A stretch of 64,000 bases of DNA from Nageia nagi. Taxonomy: Eukaryota; Plantae; Pinophyta. The position numbers and the translations under genes were made by a program. Where the stretch lies: NCBI GenBank assembly GCA_050084985.1, contig JBITNC010000001.1, positions 41,974,001 to 42,038,000 of the forward strand. The letters run 5' to 3'. The notes under the pieces are model-generated. The model was not told the origin of the DNA. It did not search any database and worked only from the letters and a program-made list of their open reading frames with translations. Positions 38,601 to 52,752 of the stretch are shown here, piece after piece (the stretch's first letter is position 1; every line of letters starts with the position of its first letter).

Positions 38601-41600
38601 TGAATACCTAGGGGCACACTTGAAAATGTCCAAATCTAATGAGAAACGTAAACCAACTTATATACTTAATGAATATGCTATTTTCGTCAAGAGATCAATT
38701 TTCATGAAGTATTGCAGGTTCAACCATTAGATGCAATTGAGGATGAAGAACCAAGCATGAAAGAATTGCCATCCTTGTTATAAAAATATCTTACATTTCC
38801 ATAAGAATAGTTGATACACATCAAAATTGGCACTTCCAATGATGAGAGATTGATACAAATTGGAGCATCCCTACCTCTTCCATAACAAAAAAAGGTACAA
38901 AAACAAGTTTATTGAGCATTCTAAGAATTGTTCTTGGTATTATGATGATATGACAAGATTAGATCCCTCATTTTTTATGCATAATGCACCATTGAAATAG
39001 GGTTTCAAGCCAATCAAATAAAAACTTAGAAAGATGCAGCCTTCCAAGGCCTTACTAGTCAAGAAAGAGATAAAGAAATGTTTGAATGCTGATTTCATAA
39101 GGCCTATTGACTATTCTAATTGGATGGCTAATATTGTCCTTATTTCCAAACCAATTAGTGAAATATGGGTATGTACATATTTTCATGATATCAATAATGC
39201 TTGTCCCAAAGATGATTTTTCATTACCAAATATTGATATGATTATCAATAGTATAGCTAGTCATGATACATTATCATTCATGAATGGATTTTTGAGCTAT
39301 AACCAAATTTTGATTAACCTTGTTGATCAACATAAAATAGTTTTTACTACCCCTTGGGGTAATTTTTGTTGGATATTTATGCCTTTTGGACTTAAAAATA
39401 TAGGAGCTACATATCAAAGAGCAATGGTTACCATGTTTCATGAGCACATTCACAAAATCATGGAGGTATATGTTGATGATATCCTCGTCAAATTCAAGAA
39501 AGGATAAGATCATTTATAAGCACTTGAAGAGGTATTCACCATTTTTTAAAAGTACAAATTAAGACTTAAACTTCAAAAATGTACATTTGGAGTTACTTCT
39601 AGTAAATTATTAGGATTCATGGTTTCTAATAAAGGAATAGAAGTAGATCCTAAAAAAGTAAAATCCATTGTTAGTATGCCTCCATCCAAAATTTTAAAAC
39701 AATTAAGGAGTTTCCAAGGTGAAATAAATTTAGTTAGAAGATTCATTTCAAAACCTAGAGATAAATGTAGGTCATTCACTCATTTGCTCAAAAAGGACAT
39801 CAAATTTGTATGGGATGAAAATTGTCAAAAAGCATTTGAGGATATCAAATAATATTTGCTTAATCCTCCCATCCTAGTCCCCATGGATTTGTCAAAACTT
39901 TTTTACTTATACATATCAGCCACATTATATACACTAAGAACAATGCTTTGTCAAAAATATATAGAAAATAAGGAAAGAGCCATCTATTATTTAAACCAAA
40001 CATTGATTGATTATAAAACTAGATATACCCCTATGGAAAAAATTTGCTATGGTATAATTTCACTATTGAAAAATTAAGGTATTATTTATTATATTGTACT
40101 ACATTTGTTATTAGTCCTGTTAACCCATTGAAATATCTTATGGCTAAATAGAATCTATCAAGTAGACTTGCAAAATGGCTAATGTTGTTACAAGAATTCG
40201 ACATTAATGTTGCAGAAAAAAATTTGTCAAATACCAAGCAATCACAGATTTGATAGCTAATTTCCCACAAGATAGGGAGGCAGTCACTTATGAAGAATTT
40301 AAAAGGAATATCAAGGTGACCCACATTGTTAGCAACCTACATACCTGCTAGAGGGATGCCAATGATGTGAATTTGATGAGATCTCAATCCCTGATTAATA
40401 CATATGTCTCACAGAAGATGATCCCACTATTTGGACCATGTATTTTGATGGTTCAAAATGTTCTCATAGAGTGAAAGCAGGTATTATTTTGGTATCTCCT
40501 ACAAATCAAATAGTCCCTATGGCCTACAAACTTGCTTTTGATTGTACAAATAATATGCCTAAGTATGAGGCACTAATATTAGGATTGGAAGCTATTGTAA
40601 TTTTGAAAATTAAAAATATAGAGATATATGGGGATTCTCAACTTGTTGTAAATCAAGTACAAGATTTCTTTGATACTAAGGATGAAAAGTTAAAACCTTA
40701 TAGACTTGCAATTATTAATTTATTGGATCATTTTGATAGATATACTATTTAGAATATTCCAAGAACTAATAACAGGTAAGCATATGCAATGGTAAGTGTA
40801 GCTTCACTAGTACCAATTGAAATTAAAGATGAAGAGACCATCATTACAATTTGTAAGTTAAGCTCTCATTATTATATGGATCATATGGATGAGATTCCAG
40901 ATTATCTTATCATAAAAGAGAATGATTTTCAAAATTGGTACTTTGATATCTATAATTATTTAAAAAATTAAATAGTTCCTAACAATTTTGATAGAAATGA
41001 AAGAGTGAGATTGAAAAGAACTGCAATAAGATATGTGATCATTGGAGAATTCTTATACAAGAGATCATTTGATGGTGCATTGTTGAGATGCTTAACACAA
41101 GATGAGATAACTACTACCTTAGAACAAGCTCATCATGGTTTATATGGTGGTCACATCCATGCAAAAGCACTACACACTAAAATTTTGAGGATTGGATATT
41201 ATTGGCCTACTATGAAAGAAGATTGTAAAGCCCATGTAAAAACTTGTTTGCAATGCCAAAAACATGCAAATTTAGAGAATTACATTCTATTGTTTCTCCA
41301 TGACAATTTGCTACTTGGGGCATAGATTTGATTGGTATGATTAATCCTCACTCTTAGGAAGGACATAAATTTTTCATTATAGCTACAAAATTCATCACCA
41401 AATGGATCAAAGCTATCCTAATGAAATCAATCACTCAAGATAAAATCATTGCATTCCTTATTGAAACATCATCACAAGGTTTGGTGTACAACAAATATTA
41501 ATCAGGGAAAATGGAACAAATTGCAAAGGTAAAGACATGAAAGGATTTTGTAAAACATTTCATATTATGCAAACCTTTTCTTCCATCTATTACCCTCAAG

Positions 41601-43230
41601 GTAATGGTCAAGCTGAAGCCACATATAAGATAATCAAGAGTATACTTGCCAAAACATGGGTTAGATACAAGAGAGATTAACATAAGCAATCACCATATGC
41701 ACTATGGGCATATAGAAATAGTGTTCATACATCCACTAGGGCAAAACCATTCTCATTAGTATATGGATATGATGCCATTGTCCCACTTGAGTTAGAGATC
41801 CCCTCCCTTAGGATTTTCTTACAAGGTGATATATCTAATGAAGATGCAAGAAAAGCAAGTTTGCAATAGCTTGAATCATTAGATGAGAAAATAATCAGAG
41901 CCATTGAACATCAAAAGGTATACAATGCAAAACTCAAGAGAGCATTTGGAAAGAAAATCAAAGCAAAGGAATTCAAGGTAGGAGATCTAATGTTGAAAGA
42001 AAACATTAACAAAATAGCAACAAATGATGAATCAAAAGGCAAGTTTGAGCCCAATTGGTTGGGCCTATTTATTATAATTAACATAATAGGATTAGGTGCA
42101 TATATATTATAATCCATGGATGGAAAATAAGAACAAAATACTTTCAATTCCATCCATATTAAATGTTTATATGCTTAGAAATGATAACTTCGTGCCCTAC
42201 AAAACATGAAATCCATGAGCAAGGGCACATAAAAAAAATTTCTTTTGAAAACTATAAAGCTACCCATGGCGCTAACAGTATGCACTATAAGTAGGTCATT
42301 AGTGGTGTAAAAAACAAAAGGGGAGGAACATGAAAAATATTATCTCATCTTCTAGACTTTACTCTACATTCTATGCTACACTTCTCAAAGCTCTAAACAA
42401 CATTGTTCTCCTACATGCATTGCTAATTCATGAATGTAACTCAAATGATGATGTGGTAGATTTAGGTTGTAGCATGCTTCATGCATGTGACAAGTTTGAA
42501 TCCCTTACCCCTTTTAATAACATAAACTAGGGGTAATCTCATATTCAACTACAAGGATGATGAATAAGCAAATATTGACCAATAAAAGGTAAAATAATTT
42601 TATGTTTGCAAAATTCAAGGACTTCTACATCACCAATGGTGTGCATGACTATTAGTAAGAAGCCAACAATAAAAAAAAATGATATTCTAATATCTTCATA
42701 TCATAGACATAAAATGTATGATCATTGATGGCCAACGACATAGCTGGTGAGAGTTCGTTTACTTAAAAGTAAACCGATGATATAGCTGTAAGCAAGTTGT
42801 TGACATTGGCTTATCATCAATGGATGATACAACTTACTATGTATCAATATGGTTTTTGCTTTGAACCAATCCAAAGCATAATGTCTTCAAATCATAGACA
42901 TAAAATGTATGATCATCGATGGTCAATGACATGGCTAGTGAGAGTTCACTCACTTAAAATTAAATTGATGATTCAATCATAAGCAAGTTGTTGATATTGA
43001 CTCATCATCGATGGATGATACAACTTACTATGTATCCATATGGTTTTTTCTTTAAACCAATTCAAATCATAATGTCTTCGAATCATAGATGTAAAATGTA
43101 CGATCACCAATGGCCAATGACATGGATAGTAAGATCTCACTCACTTAAAAGATAAATTGATGATGTAGCCATAAGTAGCTTATTGATATTGATTCATCAT
43201 CAATGGATGATGTAACCCACTGTGCATCCA
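35677..43230 (+). mobile_element. Ty3/gypsy Tat-clade retrotransposon, degenerate: 5' LTR 35677-36233, gag-PROT-RT-RH-aRH-INT; no matching 3' LTR found
   Basis: LTR TGTAGAC...GTCTACA; PBS TGGTGAACCCGAC at 36237; gag knuckle YCIYHQ.KGHAT..C; protease VDNGSAINV; RT YVDDILVK; additional RNase H MYFDGS...YEALILGL...GDSQLV; INT zinc finger (AHHG..GGH...CLQCQ) and WLGP C-terminus. Confidence 0.92.
42701..43230 (+). repeat. 191-bp tandem repeat, ~2.8 copies, downstream of Tat pol
   Basis: TCATAGA(C/T).TAAAATGTA.GATCA at 42701, 42892 and 43083. Confidence 0.9.
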
Positions 43231-43875
43231 TCCCATGTTTATGACTAACACTTCATTGTAAATATCTACACCCTAAAGAATAAAAGAAAATACATAAATT
43301 CCCATGCTATCAGCAGCATGCATATTTTTCCCTAATCCATTAGTTGTGTTCATTTCATCACCACTTCATTTCCTTAAAATTAGATCCTCTATATTTAAAG
43401 GCATGGATGTAAGTGCAAATGGTTCCTAAGTATCAAAAATGATGAAACAACCAGATTCATGGTTGAAGCAGTACAAGGGGAAAATACACATCTTCCATAT
43501 CCAACATTGGATATGAAATCATCCAGCTACATTTACATAGCATCATTCTTGTAGAAAGACTCTTAATCATAGTTTTTCCTTGGTTTCACTATTCAAGGAC
43601 CTTTCCTAGGGCATCCAAGATAAAAGAGGGAAAAAAGAGACCCTCATCATCAACAACAATAAGGGATAGTGCTACATTTAATAATTCTTATCAATGATTG
43701 GAAGACCACACATTAATTTGGTATTTTCTTAGTTGAATACCCAATGATTACCTCATTTTTATCTTGATATACCAAGACTAACATCTCCATGAGGTGAATG
43801 ATGATGGTATTCAAAACCTTACTAAAGTTTTTTTTTCCATTTTTTTTTCTATGATCCAATTAATTCCAACATTCT

Positions 43876-44157
43876 AGACCTCCGTGGTAAGTTTGCTCTG
43901 CGTGACAAACTTGTTGTACAATTGTTGTTATAGAGTGTTGATTATTTTATACCTCAGTGGTAATTTTGCTCTGCGTGACAAACTTGTTGTACATTTTATA
44001 CCTCTGTGGTGAGTTTGCTCTACATGAGAAACTTGTTGTACAAATTTTGAGCATATAATTAATATACCTCCGTGGTAAGTTCACTCTGTGTGAGGAACTT
44101 GTTGTACATTCTATACCTCCGTGGTGAGTTTGCTCTGCATGAGAAACTCATTGTACA
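43876..44157 (+). repeat. Five copies of a 45-bp repeat with alternating long and short spacers
   Basis: ATACCTCCGTGGT(A/G)AGTTTGCTCTGC(G/A)TGA(C/G)AAACTTGTTGTACA x5; spacers ~28, 4, 21 and 4 bp. Confidence 0.9.
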
Positions 44158-44299
44158 ATTTTTATGCTCTATTTAAAATCAACACATGTCTATATACAAC
44201 AGGTGACTATGAGTGATGGCTTGGCATCTCTGTGATGGCTTATAGTGCACCATTGATCAGTTATTTATAAGATGGCATTATTTGATTCTCTTATTTGAA

Positions 44300-45230
44300 T
44301 AGATGATGCATCTAACTGATTTTGTTCATGAGTTGCTTGTAGCATGCAGGATCTTCTTCAGAAATGCAGGTTACTCACCTTGTGAAAGCAAGCTCATGGA
44401 GACTCACATGTCAGCTTAAAGTTGATCGACTATGTACAATGAAACCAGTTGTGGTTAATGATTGTATTGTAAACCATTTTTTTTCAAATGGTAATGTAGT
44501 GAGTCTCATACTAGTTCTCAAAAAGATTCTCAAATATGTAAAAGTTCTCATCTCCACTTGTATCTCTATGGAGGAGAACTCTCTCTTACTCTCTCTCTTC
44601 TCTCTTCTACGCTCTATCCCAATATTGCATTAAGGGGGAGTGTTAGAATTTGTAATGAAATATTGTGAATATCTAAACTCCTTGTAAATTCAATTAATCA
44701 CTTAAGGGTATGTAGATACATTAAGAGATTAATAGAATTCTTTAATATGTAGACTTTGACTTTACCAAAGTGGTTAGTTGGTAGGTTGAAGTTTGGTGAT
44801 ACATTTAATGTAACCCTAACCTTACCCTTGGGTTAAAGGAAGGTTAGGGAGGTGCTCTCAAGCTATAAATAGAGGGTCTCTCCTCTTGTAAACATATCTA
44901 AGTCTTGGAGTAAGATTACTCTACTTGGTTGTGTAGGAGAGAGCTAGAGAATAGTTGTAAGAGAGACATAGATTGAGAATAAGAGAACTAGTTGTGGATG
45001 TACTCCCAAGGAGGGAGGAACCACATTATATTGGTGTCATATTGTGTGAATGATGTTCTTATAATTATAGATGTGTTATCTTGAGTGATTGTGTTATCTT
45101 ATGTACACTTGAGTTTCCTAGTCTAAGGTCCTAGAGGATTTGTTTAGATCTAGTTCAAATCCTTCAATCCTTGGTAGAGGGTCCTATTATGTTTGAAATA
45201 CCTTGTTAATTTTTCATTCATTTTCTAACC
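44300..45230 (+). mobile_element. Ty1/copia deletion remnant: RT fragment, PPT and LTR (44641-45230)
   Basis: LKKILKYVK resembles copia RT KRILRYVKG. PPT TAAGGGGGAG is followed by TGTTAGAA; LTR contains TATAAATA and ends in TTCTAAC. Confidence 0.7.
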
Positions 45231-46029
45231 ATGGACCATGGATTTTACTATCTCTAATGATATCTCCTTGAAAGTTCTAGTGTGGGTAGAGCTCCCAAGG
45301 ATTCCTTTACCTTTTTTATCATTTCATCAAACCTTTGTAGACAACTCAAGGAAATTTTTCTACATTTCATAGAATAAGTTACATTGTATCTATCCTCACT
45401 ATCATCTTTATGTAAAAGTGGAACTTCCTACAAATCTCAAGGACCTCATTGACCTCTAAGTCAAGTATATTATGATTCAGTAATAAATTATCTATATTAA
45501 TATGTTAAGAACATGTCATAATTAATAATGACCATATCATAAAATCAAGAACTATATCTTGATGGAAGGAAATTTCAAGCCTTAACTATTATCTCCTACT
45601 AATATTAATTTTAATCTTGCAACCATGAACAAAAGTGTTCAAGAAGAATAGACCTTTTTCACCTATAAAAATAATAAACATGTAAAACTTGTACCTTAAT
45701 AAAGTTAACTAATTATTTCAACCTAGAACTAAATATATAAATAACCATCCTCTTAAATGGATCCTTTAACTCCCTTAATAGTTTATTTGACCCCTTTAGT
45801 TATTGAAATATCATCTCATTTAATATTCTCTTCCAATTCTAATATATTGTGCTCTTTGGTCCTCATGTATAGTCCCTCTAGGTATATATCATACTTGATG
45901 GTATCATTAATTAGCAAATGATATCATACCTCAACTAATGGAGCTTATCAAATTATTTAGGAAATTTATCAGCAAACAGATTTCCCACATGAAAAATATG
46001 AACACTTTGTTAGTAATATAGTCTAGTCT

Positions 46030-47407
46030 CTCATAAACCTCAAGTATTATGTTGATGTATTTTTTTGTATAGACCTTGTTAACCTTAGGGTATAATAAAT
46101 AGGTTCATCATTTTATTTTGAGTCATATTTTTTATCCATGAACTCAAATTATACCTTTTTATCTCTTCCTCTATTGCTCATTATATGGAGTATTTTAAAT
46201 TCTATAAATATCACATCTTGACTATAGACAATCTTCCTTATGTATGGGTTCCAAAGCTTATAGCCTTCTACACCATCTTTATAACTAATAAATATAAATT
46301 TATTATCTTACTTCCTTTCTTATTTGGTAAATACACATAAGAATCATAACCAAAACTTCCTAGATGTTCAAGAGAGGATTGTTTATAAGTTCATATATTA
46401 TGTGGATTTTTATCAACTAACATTAATGTAGGTGACCAATTTACTATGTGACATATAGTATTCACCACTTCTACCTAGAATTATTTTGATAATTTTGTAT
46501 TATTGAGCATGTTCCTTTCATTCTCCATCAATATCCTATTCATTTTTTAGCAACTCCATTCTATTGAGGAGTTTACAGTTTAGTCTTCTAACTTGTGATA
46601 CCATACTACTTTAAAAATTCTTCAAATTTATTTGAACATATCTCTTTATTTTATTTTCTCCAAGAGTCATACACTTTTAATTTTTTAAAAACCTTATATT
46701 TAATTATAAGAAAATATATCCATTTACACCTTGAGAAATAATCTATAAAGAAAATATAGAAAATTTAACATGGTTTTGTTTCCCATATACATAATGTTTG
46801 CAAAAATGAAAACTATAGAGAAGTTAGGAATACCTTCAACCATACCCTTATTGTGCAATATTCACTCATGAGAGATAATTATCTACTTATTAGAAATATA
46901 GTAATATTTATTAGACTCATCTTTAGAAATAATAGACTTAGTGCACACATCAACCATAGTTTTTTCCAATAGATTTATAAAGTTCTAGTTTGAATTTCTC
47001 TAGTAAACACCATTAATCCTTGAACCATATTGCATATATCCTTTAATTAAAAAATATTATACATACCTATATCAATAATTTTATTAATAAAAATTAAATT
47101 TATATCCAAAGTTGGAATATGAAGAATAGTAGGAAGTATTTTAGTCCTATCTTTTAGTAACAATTTGAACCTTTCATATCTAATGATTTTGATTAATGAA
47201 TCATCTCCTAAAACTATATCACCTCTATTATACTTTTCATACTCACATAACCACCCCCTAATAGGATTTATATGGAAATAAGCTCTTAAATTGATTAATA
47301 ATATATCATCATATATATGTGTACTTGAAGATGTCAAGCATTCATCCCCTCCTTTTACAAAATTATTTTCTTATATGGAAGAAGTATTATCATATTTATT
47401 ACTATCA
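46030..47407 (-). mobile_element. Ty1/copia (Tork/Tnt1-like) protease-integrase segment; its gag continues at 52192-52750
   Basis: GGDECLTSSSTH, FHINPIRGWLCEYEKYNRGDIVLGDDS, MNRILME and SYKDGVEGYKLWNP...SQDVIF. Confidence 0.82.
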
Positions 47408-47467
47408 AATAAATTTTTAAGTTATATTAAGGAGGGAAATTTTTCTTAATTGCCTTATGCTTTAACA

Positions 47468-50400
47468 ATTTTGAAATATTTTAGAGGAATCCAAAATGGT
47501 AGCAACTTGATGAAAGAGAACTTTTCTAGAGCCTAGCAATGTTGCATGGTTAAATCATATTCTCGGAGCCTGATAGTACTCTTCTTCGATACATTTTCTT
47601 GCAGTGTGGTGAACTTAGAAATGGATGAATTTTCCTTGAACTAGGTCAATTTGTAATTTTTACAATTATTCCATAACCTAGTAGTATTTATATTTCATGC
47701 ATCCTCCCAAAATGTGGCCAAACTATTACCAATGCATCTTCAAGGAAAGTGATCTGATCAATCAATACAAATCCTACTTTCACGAAACCTGGTGGACTCA
47801 TATCACAACTCATTTTTTCATAGCCCAACCACATTCTTCAAAATCCACTAGAGTCAACGATCATCTCCTATTGGTCAAGATAATTGGTATTCAAAGTTCT
47901 ATTTCCCAATTCCAACAAGATTGTACAAGCATTGTAAATTATTTTAAACAAAGCTTTTGACATTTTTCATTCTTATGTAAACAAGATTTTCTAGCTACAT
48001 CTAGTACTGAAGATAAAATACAATTACCATTAGCATAAATTTGAAGTTAGAGCTATGTTTTCAAGTTGTAGCTTAGATATGTTTAAGGATTTCATAATTA
48101 TGTTAAATTATAGTTATTGTATATAGGTTGTAGTTTGTAGATTTTCTTTAGATTTATGTTACCATTGGTAGATATTTTCAAATATGAAGCTATATTACAA
48201 CTTGATCAATGTAAAATAGGATGTTGGATCTTTCAACATTTATGCTTTATAATGAAATATCTCTTTTTCCAACCTAACTGATTTATGATAGTAATTGTAC
48301 ATTATTTCTTCATGAAGTCCTTGGTTGGCTTAAACGTTACATTGTTTATATGTTTTATTTATCCATGGTATGTAAATGAAATTATTCATGACTATAACCT
48401 CTTATCTCTTGCACTTGAACAATAGATAATAACATCAAAGAGGTGGTTATGAGCTAGGTCCTTCCTCTAGGTTTTGATAGAATTCTTGAAGCTCAAGTTG
48501 GCCCTAAATGCTATCATTTCCTTTTTTTCTCCTATACTTTAAACCTTTTTATCTCTTTGGGTTACTCTATCCTTTTTTCTTTCATTTACAATCCTTTTAT
48601 GATGGATAAGGCACCACCCTAATAAAATTGTAAAAGGAAATTTGGGATTAGATTATCTCCTTTATCTATGATGAGTCTTTTAATAGGTCTACATCTTTGT
48701 CTCTAGGAAGTAAACCTCATGATACTTAGTTCTAAGAGCTAAAATTAATGGGTAATATAATCTTATCTATGAGAGATAGAATCCCATATAGATTGGACCC
48801 TTTTACATGGTAAAAGTGTAATCTCATTGGTTAGATATCTAAAACATGGTTGACCTATATAAAATTGGACTACGAAAGCTCAATATCCTATTCACTTCTC
48901 TATATGTGGGATGCAATCTAAAGAATATTATGAGATATGAATCTTTGGGTTTTTTTAATTTTAAAACCAAGAGACACTAATGATCGGAGTAATGGTGTAA
49001 AGAATATTTATCTCTAATATTCCTGGAATTCCAACTGTCCAATAGATTATAATTATGCATATCAGTTATGGTCATTTAGATTTTTCAAAATGGATCATCA
49101 ATCATCATCCTAGATAAATAAAAGTGAAGGTTGAATCAACTAAAAGTCAATTCATCCAAATAAAGTTGGTTCATGATTATGAACAAATCTGGCACCCCTC
49201 ACCCTTTCACAAGGAAAAGAGCTAGATTGCATTTTTCAAATCAACAATCTATTTTTGGCATGCTCAGTGGGATGATTTCACATAGTATTCATATTTTATG
49301 AGCCTCCATAGCTATTATTGAAATATGATTCATGTTTATTTAAAGATAAATCTGACAACATCAATGCACAATACTAGCTCAATTTGTTTTATCTATTTCA
49401 AGGAAATAAAATAATGACTTGATCAGTTAAAGATTCAAGATCTGAAAGAATAAGAAAGGTTATTTTGAAATGTTAGAATTTTAACAAAACACTAAGTAAA
49501 GATGACTCAGATTCATAAATATCAGTAATATTTTCAAAATAAAAGTTATCATGGACATATAATATTTGGGGGTTAATCAGATTCAAGGTTTTCTTGATAA
49601 AGATTTTGGACCTTATCAATATTGGGGGATGGTTTAATCCTCTCTCTCTCTCTTTGAAGATTAATTACTATCGTCTAATACCAAAATGTCAAAATAGTGA
49701 AGATGGCATTAGAAGGTTCCTATGTTTTAAATTCATCTGTTAAGATTATGTCAATTGTGGAATGCATACTAAAATATCAAATCAAAAGTAGGACTTATGT
49801 GTTTTGCACTTATATTATTCTACATATACATTTTTGAATCTAATTAATAGAGTCACACAAAATGGATGTTCCTACAAAGGTACACCCACCCAACCTCGCC
49901 TAATTTCTAAAGGTATACATTCTATTTTCTAAGGAAATATCTTGATCTTTTCTCATTGCATTAAAAGAGACCTTATAAAGTTAACCTTAGAAATATGAAA
50001 GGTTATCAAACATCAGAAGGGATTGATATGAGTAATTAATCATATTTTGAAAAAATAAGGTATATATGTTTTAGTAACATTAGAAGGTATGCCTCGAATG
50101 ATCATATCTTTTGGATAAGCCTCTAATATTTCACCATTACCTATCAAGTCCTATAATCCCAAGAAGTTATTTACCATTTGTTCACATAAAATTATCTGAT
50201 AACTTAGACTGTTGTACTTACTTGATTATTTTCATGTCTACTTTATAGACACCTAATTGTAATATTCCTTTTCAAAAGAGTTATTTAGGAATTTTAGTTA
50301 TTAGACTAGTGTATTTCAATGATATAGTTTTATTCGATGAATTTTTGAATGAAAACTTAGTTAAAAGATAAATTAAAACATTTTTTGTAGAATTTATTGA

Positions 50401-52191
50401 TTTGTATTCAAATTCATGATTTCAAACAATTATTCACATGTAAAAGGAGATTTCCTAAATAAGTGGGATAAGATGGATAATTCATAAGAGTATAGACAAA
50501 AATAGGTCTAAATCAGTTAGGAATAATTCAGATTTGTTTGATCTACTTTCTTTTTAATATTCATTTTTGAAAGAGTTCATAGATAGATATAAGTGAGGTA
50601 GAATCTTGATGAAAGATATCTTTCTTGGAGCTTGGAAGTGTTGCATGGTTAAATCAACTTCTCGAAGCCTGGTGGTACTCTTCTCCGATGCATTTTCTCA
50701 TAGTGTGGTGAAATTAGAAATGGATGAACGTTTCCAAAATAAATAAAAAATTTAATTACATAAATGATTCCAAAACCCTATAGTCTTCATATTTTATGCA
50801 TTCTCTTGGAATGTAGCCAAATTATTACCAAGGAATCTTCAAGGAAAATGATATGATCAATCAATACACTTCCTACTTTACTGAAACCCAATGGAATCGT
50901 ATCATGAATCATTTTTCTAGAGTTCAATACCATTCATTAAAATCTAGTAGAGTAAATAACCATATCCTATTGGTCAAGATAATCGATAATCTAGTTCTAT
51001 TTTCCAAGTTCAGTAAGATTGTATAAGCATTGTAAATTATTTTAAACAAAGCTTTTGGTATTTTTCCATTCTTTTGTAAACAAGATTTTTCAACTAGGTA
51101 TGGGTTTTAAAGAAAAAATAAAATTGTCATTAGTATAAATTTGGTAAGTTACAACTATGTATTTCAAGTTGTAGCTTATATATGTTGTAGATTTCATAAT
51201 TTTGTTATATTGTAGTTAATTGCATACAAGTTGTAGTTTGTAGATATCTTTAGATTCATATTACAATTAGTAGATATTTTCAAATTTGAAGATATATATA
51301 CAACTCATATAAATATAAAATAAGAGGTTGGATCTTTCAGCATTTGCATATGTATAATGAAATATCTCTTTTTCCAACCCAAACTGAGTATGCTAGTACT
51401 TGTATATTTATTTCTTTGTGAATTCCTTGGTTTGATTAAATGGTTACATTTTTTATATGTTTCTTGTACTTCATGGTATGATGAATTAAATATGCATGAA
51501 TATAGCCTCTACTCTCTTACAATTGAACAATGGATAGTAACATGAAAGGGATGGTTGTGAGTTAGGGATCCTTCCTCCATGTTTTGATAGAATTGTTGAA
51601 AGCCTAGGTTGGCCCTAAGAGATATCATTTTCATTTATTTCTTGCACTTTAAACCTTTTATATTTTTTGGTTAATTTATCCTTTTTTCTTTTATTTTTCA
51701 TTTTTTATGATGGATAAGGCACCACCTTGATAAAACTAGAAAAGGAAATTTGGGATCAGATTATCTCCTCTACTTGTAATGAGTTTTTTAATGGGACTAC
51801 ATCTTTTTCTATGGGAATTAAACCTTAGGATTCTTAGTTCCAAGAACTAAAATGAATGGCTAATATCATCTTATATGTGAGAGACATAATCATATCTAGA
51901 TTGGACCCTTTTACATGGTAAAAGTACAATCTCATTGGTTAGAGACCTAAAAGAAGGTCAACTATATAAAATTAAAGTACCAGAAGCTCAAGATCATATT
52001 TACTTCTCTATCTATGGGATGCATCTAAAGAAGATTATGATATACTGATCTTTGGGATTTTTGAATTTTCAAACCAAGAGCCACTTATGAGCAGAGTAAT
52101 TTTGTAAGTAACATTTTTCTCTAATGTTCTTGAAATATCGACTATTTAACATATCATAATTTTGTAAATAACATTTTTCTCTAATGTTCTT
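47468..52191 (+). repeat. Head-to-tail repeat of an unidentified ~3.1-kb unit (1.5 copies): 47468-49065 repeated at ~50560-52160
   Basis: About 1.55 kb of colinear similarity (~80% by eye), offset ~3100 bp. Shared anchors include GTTGCATGGTTAAATCA and AGATTGGACCCTTTTACATGGTAAAAGT. Confidence 0.9.
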
Positions 52192-52752
52192 TTATAATCT
52201 TAATATCAATACATATTAATTAAAATACCATAGATTTTAACACATTAATATGCTCAATTGTAGAATCTCCATCATTTATCTTAAGGAGATTCAACTTCTT
52301 TCAAAGAAATAATTTATTTGGTAGTGACTCAAATTGGTATAAAGTCCCTAACTTATCACATAACTTCTTCATCCTATTTTCTCTAGATATATTTATCAAA
52401 ATAAAATTTACAAGGTACAACTAAATAATACTCTTTTCCTTTCTTTCCAATTTCTCTCAATATTCCATTATCATACTTGTGGGTTTATTTCCTAACTTAG
52501 TAACCCACTAGTATTTATCCACAAGTAGATTCTCCTTTTTTAGCTTACATAACTCAAAGCTCTTACTATAAAACTTTGTTATCTTAATCCTTGAGTTGTT
52601 TATTAACTTTCTCCATACAAGATTCACCTTCACAAAAATCCTACTTGAGAATAGGTTTATTGTAATCTGGAAACTTTATCTTTTCATAGGTTGAATTAAA
52701 CCTTAGTAACAAAGGAATCCCCTAAAATATAATACCTTGTATTTGATACTAA
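52192..52752 (-). mobile_element. Ty1/copia gag N-terminal part and leader (probably the same element as 46030-47407)
   Basis: LGTLYQFESLPNKLFL*KKLNLLKINDGDSTIEHINVLKSMV matches Tnt1/Tork-type gag (UBN2 region). Degenerate PBS TAGTATCAAA at ~52751. Confidence 0.75.

Noticed and set aside
43876-44157. CRISPR-like repeat-spacer appearance
   Set aside because: Plant retroelement context, no cas genes, spacers of 4-28 bp and divergent repeats.
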